A stretch of 63,907 nucleotides of DNA, filler included, from Craspedostauros australis (Eukaryota): assembly GCA_030167865.1 (NCBI GenBank). It is 11 parts of 11 records of this genome, joined end to end, with 100 filler letters (N's around TTAATTAATTAA, not from the genome) between each part and the next. Parts side by side here need not be neighbours in the genome. Positions count along the whole stretch, not along the records: positions 1 to 24,488 come from JALAGF010002685.1; 10 more parts are not named here. The stretch is one strand, 5' to 3'. Below the pieces are notes generated by a model. That model saw nothing but the letters and a program-made list of their open reading frames with translations. It was not told the origin of the DNA and made no database searches. Shown piece by piece: positions 1 to 7,548 of the stretch. The position numbers were made by a program, and so were the translations under genes. Numbering within the stretch: the stretch's first letter is position 1; every line of letters starts with the position of its first letter.

Positions 1-80
1 GTCATGGGTGTGAATGGAGCGAAAGCGGAGGCGCTCTCTGCGAGCAGGAGGCTCATGGCGGCTGTGATTGCGAACTTCAT
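1..80 (-). CDS. 5' end of a nucleus-encoded plastid-targeted protein (partial, runs off the window)
   Basis: The minus strand from ATG at 80 translates MKFAITAAMSLLLAESASAFAPFTPM. This is a signal peptide ending in the diatom ASA|FAP bipartite plastid-targeting cleavage motif, with a CATCACC-ATG start context. Confidence 0.85.
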   Translation of the reverse strand, partial: MKFAITAAMSLLLAESASAFAPFTPM

Positions 81-1165
81 GGTGATGATTTATTTGTGAC
101 TGTTTGTGTCTGTGTGTGAGATTGTGAGAGAGTGATATACTATCGGAATGTTGCTGCTTCTGTTCAAACGTGAGTATCGTGCGTGGGAATGTGGTGCAAG
201 ATGGTGAGTTGGCTCGTTGGTTGACTGATTGGCTTGTTGGCTGATTGAGTCAGAGACTTTGCTTCGGTTTGGGATTTGTGAGAGATGAAGCTTCGCGACA
301 GAGATCCAAGATGGGAGCCAGAGTGGAGTTGGAAGATGAGGGATGAATGACTGAACCGTTCGACCGATGCCCGACTTACAATACCTGAAGACTCGATTGT
401 GATGCTGTTGATGCTCCGAATGTTTTAAATGCTTCTGATGCTTCGTCTGATGATGATGTCCTCTGACGCTGGTGGTGTTATGACTCGATGAGCAGAGATG
501 TGTCAACGGTGAGTGGATGGATTGCTGGCAAGTCTCCGGAGACGAAGGATGAGGAAGATCGTCGAAGGAAGAAAGGAAGAAAGGAGACAAGGGGAAGCGG
601 AGAGAAAGAGAGGTGGTTCAGTCCTTGTACCGGCACTCTACCAATGCTATGCAGCTCAACCCGCAGTCGACAGTTCTCTCGACTCAGCGATGTCAATGAT
701 GATGCGGTTGATGCGTCACAACGTCCACTTCGTCGACAAAAAAAGTTCTCACACAATTCTCATCGCGTACAAATTAAGATCTCTGCTCAACCCGAACTGC
801 GTTGTTGCTGACGGGGATGTGGTGGTGGTGGTGGTGTGCTTGCCATCTCTTCAGGTCATGCGACATCGCCGAAATGCTCGCGCGAGTGAGTAGTCAGAGA
901 GAGGTGGCGGTCGTGGTGGTGGCCGCGCCTTGCCCAATGGGAGCTGTCCGTTGTTTGAGGTGAGGGTTTGTGACTTTGTTTCTCTTGACACCAACTCTCT
1001 GCGTACGCTGATGACTCAGTGGAACTTCCAATGGCTTCAGTCAGGTCACGAGTGATGGCGTCGACTTCAACGTCTCACCGAACAGATGCGTATCTCGACT
1101 TTTTTTGCCAAAATTTCGCCATTCCGCAAGTCCGTCGACGGCAGGTGCTGGCAACACTGACGCTC

Positions 1166-1181
1166 ATCTTCCACCCTCACT
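1166..1181. repeat. Target-site duplication, left copy
   Basis: ATCTTCCACCCTCACT, identical to 10556-10571 and directly abutting the (TAA)n tail. The final T could belong to the tail, giving 15 or 16 bp. Confidence 0.93.
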
Positions 1182-1341
1182 AATAATAATAACTCACAAT
1201 GACTAAACCCATAGAAGGGAATGCCCCGAGGGCTTTAGACTCGCCCGCACACGCCACACGGCTCCGGCTAGGTCGAGTATACCACAGATAATCGCGCCCA
1301 CCACGCTTCCTTCCAGATCGCCAACCCGTCGGCGCCCACCA

Positions 1342-1421
1342 GCCCCATCCGAAGGCTCTCAAGCCCATACACAGGCCGCCAAAGGCGGCCTGTGTATGGG
1401 CAGAGAGCCTTCGGATGGGGC
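1342..1421 (-). promoter_or_regulatory. Long inverted repeat / RNA hairpin 1 in the retrotransposon 3' UTR
   Basis: GCCCCATCCGAAGGCTCTC-aa-GCCCATACACAGGCCGCC-aaa-GGCGGCCTGTGTATGGGC-a-GAGAGCCTTCGGATGGGGC: 19+18 perfect base pairs with a 3-nt loop. Confidence 0.9.
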
Positions 1422-1461
1422 GTTGGCTCGCCAATCCGGTCAGCAACGACTTCACTTCTTG

Positions 1462-4400
1462 TCAACCTCCTATCGTACCCAGCCGAAGGCGCTCTGCCCT
1501 ACACAGGCCGCCGCAGGCGGCCTGTGTTTGGGCCTGGGCGCCTTCGGCTGGGTTACCGTCCACCACCGCCGAACACTGACCCTGTGCACTCGCGTCGGTT
1601 GGTGCCGCTTCTTGATTTCCTGTCGCTGTGACCGGATTGCCGGCAGTCGGACCCAGGTCGCCGATGCCGTCGCCAACCCACGCGTCGGGTCCACCTGTTC
1701 TAACCGCTCGTACGAACCGCAGCCACGCCGACCTTGTATGTTCGCCGGCCATCGAGGCTGCGTCAGATCCATGCTCTGCCACCGCCCTGTCGAGACGGTT
1801 CCAGCCCACGAACCCACGGGAACGCTCGGTCTCCTCTGTCACCGCGTCCATCGACGCCTGCGCCACAGCAAGAGCCTTGACTGTCGCACTCTTGACTCTG
1901 TTACGGCACCTCCACATGCCATGCACGAACCGCCAGCCCGCTAGCACCGCGTCGCGGGCCCAAGACTCAATCGTGTAGAACCGCCGCCCTGTGCCGTACT
2001 GTTCGAACCACTCCGCTTGCTGGTCGCACCACTCCTGCGGGATCCAGCCCAACAGTATGGGCCACCACTGCACGGGCGTCACCTCACTGAAACCATCGCG
2101 CACCGATCGCCCACAGTATGATCTTAGGCTCGCAAATATGTAGCTCACCATAGGCCCGCTCGTTCCGATGAGCTCCAACTCCTCCACGTACTGCTGGAAG
2201 CAGGCCTCCCATGCCGGCCCCGACGCTGCACACCGAACCACGTGCACTGCCGTCTCGGATTGCCCACACCACGGACACGATTCCTCGACACCGTACTGTT
2301 TGAGTTTCGCCCCCACGCCGATGAACCCGGTGGCCATCTTGGCCACAAAGATGCGTTGCTGCCAAGATGCCCTGCCGTGCGCCTTGCGTCGCCCGTGACA
2401 AGCAGTGGACTCGCTGGCTTGTCGAACCACCCCGAGCTTCCTGCCCCAGTAACCTTCAACAGTAGCACCCACGACCTCGTCATGGATGCCAGACGCTGCC
2501 CACGAAGACTTGGTGCCCTGTATCCGCAAGCTCCATTGGAAGGATCCCTCGCTCCGCCACACAGGCTTTGGCTTGCCCACTGAAGCCTCCCAGTACCGTT
2601 TGGCCGCTCCATCGCAGTGAACATTGAGAAGCGCCCAGCGGTCCAGCCGCCCTGGCCCGTCGTCTTGATGCCCACGGACCCAGCGGAACCGTACCTCTAT
2701 CGATAACCGCTGACGCATAGCCTTGATGTGACCGAGCATGTCATAGGACGGCTGGTGCACCTGCGCAACCCCGTCTCGACAGTTCTCCATAGCTCTCATC
2801 CCGTCAAGACCGACGACCACTAGACCCTGCCCTAGACTCCCGCCCTTCTCCAGTTCCAGCAGCTCGCGTAGTACCCCAGCTACTCCCGCCAGTTCACTGC
2901 GGTATGCCGACTGCACTGCCGGCTCCCCGGGCACCACGTTGCACCCTGTGCGTTGTACGCCTGAGTCCATCACACTAAGGACATACGCTGACGTACCGAA
3001 GCCCATTTTGAACGACCCGTCACTGACCGCCAACACATCGCCTCGGCGCAACGCCGCGCGCAATTCCGAGTCCGTTGCATCGCCGGATACATGCCCGCGC
3101 TCCCAATACTGACCTGAATCGAGCCCGTCCCTCTGGAACGTCGAGGGCAAAGTCTCACCCACCCGCTGCCGCTCCAATGCCTCGAGCCTCACCGTAGAAT
3201 GACCTGAGCTCATTGGGGAAGTACGCCGAGCCCTTGCCGGAAGCTCCTGTATCGACGTTGCCGTAGCTTGAAACTCCGGTCGGCGCCCACGCCTGCCCTG
3301 GTGACTTTGCCATACTTGGAAACCTTGGCCCACCCGTCGCCATGCCCTGTACTCGTCGTCAGGATCACGCCACCACACCCAGCCGTGATCGTCGTGAATC
3401 CACGCTTGCATACGCCGCCGGAGCCGCAGGTGGCGGTCCTCCGTGAAACCCTCTATCCACTCTTGCCACAACAGCCAATGTCGCCGGGTCAGCCTTCGAG
3501 GCATGCGCGGGTGGCCTGCTGACGTCGTGGCTCCACTATCTGTCCCTTGGAACGCAACCCGCATGACCCGGGAGCCATCTGCTGTCACCATATCTGAAAG
3601 CGTCCTGACTCTTAGAAACATGCGACATTCGTTCAGCATTCCTTTTTGCCTGTCGTTGAACCCCTGGCAACGCCAGCTGTCCAAGAGAAACACGTCACCG
3701 ACTCGCTGTCTCCGGACACACGGTCCCTTCTCTTCGATCGACACGCCAAACCTCTGCGCGTTCGCCCACACTTGCGTCACCCACGACGCTGTGACGTAGT
3801 TACCGCAATCGGCAAAACTCTGCTTGAACAGAGATCCCCCTCCTGCCGTCTCCATCTTCGCCTGCTCAATCGATAGCTCGATCATTCTGCCCGTAATTGA
3901 TCCTGTGCTAACCTCGTGCGCCATTGCTTGGACCTGAGTAGCCAACTGCCACACCATGGGATTGCGCATGCCAATACCGCCATTCGCCTTGGGTCCAAAT
4001 AACACCGCACGCGGGAATGTCCGGGCCACACCACCGCGCGGTAAGGCTTTGGACCATACTGGCGCGTACACGAAGTCCCACTGACGCTGGTTGAGCGTCA
4101 CTGCCTCCATAGGGTATTCCAATGTCTTGGTTATTCGCGTGGTGATCGCCATCCATATGAGGTCGCGTTGCAACCCTCCCGAGACCACCCTGTCTGCAAA
4201 CTCCTCGGCCTTCCGCCGTAGGTAACTGACTTGAGCCTCAGATGTGCCTACCATGTTCATAAACACTCCCAGGGTTTGTTCAGACTCGTTGGGATCAAGC
4301 CGCCTCAACTCCCTGTTGACACCGTGCGCGTCGCGTACCTGCACTTGCGCCGGAGCTGCCCTTGTTGTTTTCATCTGCCATTTCCCAGCAACGTAGTCGA

Positions 4401-7400
4401 ACGACAAGCCCCACCAGAAGCTTTTTGCCGGGACTAAGGCACCTCCCGTCGACCGTAGTACGCCTTCCCAGTCCTCCAATGCTTTTTGCGTTCGCTGCGT
4501 CACCGTTTCGAAGGACTCACCCGGTCTTGATACCATCAGGTCTGCGTCGTCCACGAAGCTGATGCCCACCAGATCCACTTGCTTGTGGCTGAGAGCTGAA
4601 ACAAAGCTCGCACCGTGACGCTGGGTGCGCATGGCCTCGAACATAGGCGAACTGATGGCAGCCCAAGCCGCTGGCCCACAGCCGTTGCCCTGGGCTAAGC
4701 CCTGCATTGGCACCCATCCCGAATTGCCGTAGGTCCTGGCGGACACCCCGTATGCCGTGCGTATGTGATGTTCCGCCTTTTGCAGAGTGCTAAACATGGA
4801 CTTCACCGCCGACCGCCTGCCGCCGGCATGTACCATGGCCATCGATGCCACACTGTGGACCACCCTGTCGTAGCACGACTTTGCGTCGTTGGAACAAATG
4901 GCCCCATTTTGCCGTTTTTGCCGCATGACGTCGACTACTATTCTCTTGCACAGAGCGGCTGTGGATGCCTTGTGGCCTTTACGGCTACCAAACTGCTCCG
5001 TCGCCATGCGGCCGTTGCTTTCAGCTGTTTGCATCAGATCTCTTCCCAGTTTCTTGTTGTTCATGTTGAAGGCGGGGTGGAATAGCTGGATGGTTCGCAT
5101 CTTCGCCACGTCGAACACTCCAGCCTTCTTGAGGATCTGGAAGTCGGTCATCACTCTCCACGATGCGGGGGAGAATCCTGTCTCATATGGAATCCTACGC
5201 AGGCGGCAGTCGATCGCCGCAAGCCCGTCGTGCTGGGCCGCTGCCTTGAAGTGCCCAAAGTGGGGGGCCGACGGCTCTGACGATGTCCATTCCTTCTGTT
5301 TTGCCCATCCATCAATGTGGTCTTGTTCTGTAAACGAGGTGTTGGGCACCGCGGAAGGGGCGGATCCTACTTGCGTCAGCAGCATACATGGATATTCGCC
5401 CGTCGTTGGCGTGGGCTTCCATTTCCCTTCACATACTCGGTCGGCTGCCGCAGTGTCTGCGAGGAAACCAAATCGACGCCGCAGGTCGCCGGTCATGAAC
5501 GGGGTGCTCGATGTTTGGTTGAACCGTTTCTTGTTCTCCACGATGCACGCCTTTTCGATGGCATGCTTAGTATCGCACACTGTCAACTCCCCGTCGTTCC
5601 TGGTGACTGTGACCTTGGTGGCCAGCGTTTGCTTGGGCTTGAGGCATGCCTTGAGACGCCGGTTGTCTCTAATTTGGCGCTCCTTCATTCTGCGAATATG
5701 GCTCGCCGTGCTTTCCAGTGCCGTACCCCACCTTGCTGATTCTTCCACTCCTTTGCATATCATGAAATCGTCACGCAGTTGGGATGCGGTTGGTTTGGCG
5801 GCTACGTAGGCCTTCCTGGAGGCGTCCATCTTCTCTCTTACTTGTTCCGGGCACAGCTGGCGCGGCCTGTGAATCCTCAGTCGTTTGGCCAGCCTCTTTA
5901 TAAGGGACGAGCTGATGTGGATGTTGTTCTGTTTTTTCCACACCGCTGTCCAAAGCTTGACCTCGTCTCTAAGCCGCTGTAGTGTCGGTGACCATTCCAG
6001 TGCCCCCATTCTCAGCTTTCTGCATTCCGCCTCTGCTTCTACTCGGAGTTGGTCCATCCCCTCATCAATGGCGTTGTACTCCTTGGCTAGCTCAGTGGTG
6101 ACCCCGCCTTGGGTACGGACGGCCTTCTCGAGCTCCTCGATTCTCCAATGGTACCCTCTCTGTTGCGCCTTGCCCCACAGGGTGCTCTGGTACTCGCTTA
6201 CCGCCGTTGCGTCCATCATCCGTAGACGTCTTGGCTCCACTCCCACCAGCGGGTTTAGGACACCAATGGTACTTGACTCTTTGATGTCGGCCCATACCAT
6301 CCTGTGATCGGAGTCAATGGACTCTCCAAAACCCAAGTAGCCGGCCTCCATAAGTTCGACGTCGTTGGTTACGTATATACCGTCGATCGGGATATGGTTC
6401 ATGTTGCGGTGCTGTGTTGCTTGCCTTTGTAGGTTGGGGTGCATGTACGTGGTTGCTTCACGCATACCCAACTCGCTGAACACTTCCGCGCATCTGCCTT
6501 CATTAATGTCTTGGTTTGCGTCGATGCCGACTACCACACTGTCGCCGTCCTGCTTCCACTCACGTATACTCCGTGCGAGGTCGAGAAGCATTGCCTCCCT
6601 TGGCTCCCTTGCATCCCCTTGCCCAAGCAGGTAGGTGCGCTGCTGGGCCCATGTGGAAGTTGGTCGGCTTGATGTGCATGCTCGATAGGCTGCCACCACT
6701 CGTATGTGCTTGCCCTTTCGACCCTCTATTCGCTGCCACACCCATCGCCCCAGATTGTCCGGATCCTCTCCTTCGTCGACCACTCGCTTGGAAAGGTATT
6801 TTGACGTTACGATTCCTGTTCCTCCGAACTGCACTTTGCTCGAGTGTGGGCTGTTGCGGTTGTAGGCAGCGCTAGCCTTGGAGTGTCCTCCCCACTTCAC
6901 CGCTCTTCTGGCCCATGAATCCCCGGTTTTCATTGACTTCCAGTTGAGTCCAATTTCCGCCATCATGAGCACGTGAATGTGTCTTAGTCGTATTTCTTCT
7001 CCAATTTGGCTGTTCTTGCGTCGCCATGGCTCCACCGGCAACCTCCCAATGTTTTGGAACGCGATCCTGATTGCACCCGCGCGCGGTTGCCTCATTGTAT
7101 TGCCGAAAATACCGTCCTCGGGCATGATTTGTGTTGTGTTTGCTGGTGTTGGGTCTTTATCCGCTGGGGCCCGACTGTTGCCGTCGTCTGTCTCGCGTGT
7201 CTCCTGCCTTTTCCGGTTTTTCTGTCTGTTGCGGCCGTTTCGGGCCGGCTGTAAAGTTGTCTCTCTTTGTTTATTTTTTTGGTTGTTAGGTATTCTGATC
7301 CTCTGGAACGGTCGTTGGTCCTCACCTACGCCGGTCTCTGTTCGTCCCGGGATGTGCACTGTCTCCCTACTCGGTCTTGTGTCTTCCCGCTCGTCCTTTC

Positions 7401-7548
7401 TTGTATGTATTTCTCGCTGTCCTTCTTCCTTTGATTGCTGCCTCCCTTTGCCTTGCAGGGTCTCTACCCCATTCTTCCTCCCTCTAACCAGTTGGGTGGA
7501 TTCCGGTCTTGGTTCACCACCCTTGGTTGGCTCTGAGGGTACCCTCAT
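1462..7548 (-). CDS. Retrotransposon ORF2: AP endonuclease - reverse transcriptase - RNase H - CCHC zinc finger (2028 aa)
   Basis: APE motifs IAFQNIG, MAEIG, GIDAN, PIDGI, SDHRMV. RT motifs QFGSRKG, SNDAKSCYDRV, QGLAQGNGCGP, FVDDADL, TLGV. RNase H motifs VSDGS, SAYRSELAG, LDG, RWVRGHQD, NVHCDGAAK. C-terminal CPWC-x6-H-x3-C. Confidence 0.95.
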   Translation of the reverse strand: MRVPSEPTKGGEPRPESTQLVRGRKNGVETLQGKGRQQSKEEGQREIHTRKDEREDTRPSRETVHIPGRTETGVGEDQRPFQRIRIPNNQKNKQRETTLQPARNGRNRQKNRKRQETRETDDGNSRAPADKDPTPANTTQIMPEDGIFGNTMRQPRAGAIRIAFQNIGRLPVEPWRRKNSQIGEEIRLRHIHVLMMAEIGLNWKSMKTGDSWARRAVKWGGHSKASAAYNRNSPHSSKVQFGGTGIVTSKYLSKRVVDEGEDPDNLGRWVWQRIEGRKGKHIRVVAAYRACTSSRPTSTWAQQRTYLLGQGDAREPREAMLLDLARSIREWKQDGDSVVVGIDANQDINEGRCAEVFSELGMREATTYMHPNLQRQATQHRNMNHIPIDGIYVTNDVELMEAGYLGFGESIDSDHRMVWADIKESSTIGVLNPLVGVEPRRLRMMDATAVSEYQSTLWGKAQQRGYHWRIEELEKAVRTQGGVTTELAKEYNAIDEGMDQLRVEAEAECRKLRMGALEWSPTLQRLRDEVKLWTAVWKKQNNIHISSSLIKRLAKRLRIHRPRQLCPEQVREKMDASRKAYVAAKPTASQLRDDFMICKGVEESARWGTALESTASHIRRMKERQIRDNRRLKACLKPKQTLATKVTVTRNDGELTVCDTKHAIEKACIVENKKRFNQTSSTPFMTGDLRRRFGFLADTAAADRVCEGKWKPTPTTGEYPCMLLTQVGSAPSAVPNTSFTEQDHIDGWAKQKEWTSSEPSAPHFGHFKAAAQHDGLAAIDCRLRRIPYETGFSPASWRVMTDFQILKKAGVFDVAKMRTIQLFHPAFNMNNKKLGRDLMQTAESNGRMATEQFGSRKGHKASTAALCKRIVVDVMRQKRQNGAICSNDAKSCYDRVVHSVASMAMVHAGGRRSAVKSMFSTLQKAEHHIRTAYGVSARTYGNSGWVPMQGLAQGNGCGPAAWAAISSPMFEAMRTQRHGASFVSALSHKQVDLVGISFVDDADLMVSRPGESFETVTQRTQKALEDWEGVLRSTGGALVPAKSFWWGLSFDYVAGKWQMKTTRAAPAQVQVRDAHGVNRELRRLDPNESEQTLGVFMNMVGTSEAQVSYLRRKAEEFADRVVSGGLQRDLIWMAITTRITKTLEYPMEAVTLNQRQWDFVYAPVWSKALPRGGVARTFPRAVLFGPKANGGIGMRNPMVWQLATQVQAMAHEVSTGSITGRMIELSIEQAKMETAGGGSLFKQSFADCGNYVTASWVTQVWANAQRFGVSIEEKGPCVRRQRVGDVFLLDSWRCQGFNDRQKGMLNECRMFLRVRTLSDMVTADGSRVMRVAFQGTDSGATTSAGHPRMPRRLTRRHWLLWQEWIEGFTEDRHLRLRRRMQAWIHDDHGWVWWRDPDDEYRAWRRVGQGFQVWQSHQGRRGRRPEFQATATSIQELPARARRTSPMSSGHSTVRLEALERQRVGETLPSTFQRDGLDSGQYWERGHVSGDATDSELRAALRRGDVLAVSDGSFKMGFGTSAYVLSVMDSGVQRTGCNVVPGEPAVQSAYRSELAGVAGVLRELLELEKGGSLGQGLVVVGLDGMRAMENCRDGVAQVHQPSYDMLGHIKAMRQRLSIEVRFRWVRGHQDDGPGRLDRWALLNVHCDGAAKRYWEASVGKPKPVWRSEGSFQWSLRIQGTKSSWAASGIHDEVVGATVEGYWGRKLGVVRQASESTACHGRRKAHGRASWQQRIFVAKMATGFIGVGAKLKQYGVEESCPWCGQSETAVHVVRCAASGPAWEACFQQYVEELELIGTSGPMVSYIFASLRSYCGRSVRDGFSEVTPVQWWPILLGWIPQEWCDQQAEWFEQYGTGRRFYTIESWARDAVLAGWRFVHGMWRCRNRVKSATVKALAVAQASMDAVTEETERSRGFVGWNRLDRAVAEHGSDAASMAGEHTRSAWLRFVRAVRTGGPDAWVGDGIGDLGPTAGNPVTATGNQEAAPTDASAQGQCSAVVDGNPAEGAQAQTQAACGGLCRAERLRLGTIGG
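1477..1553 (-). promoter_or_regulatory. Hairpin 2, a homologue of hairpin 1, overlapping the last codons of ORF2
   Basis: ACCCAGCCGAAGGCGC (1477-1492) pairs with 1538-1553. ACACAGGCCGCC-gca-GGCGGCCTGTGT (1501-1527) forms the apical stem. Confidence 0.88.
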
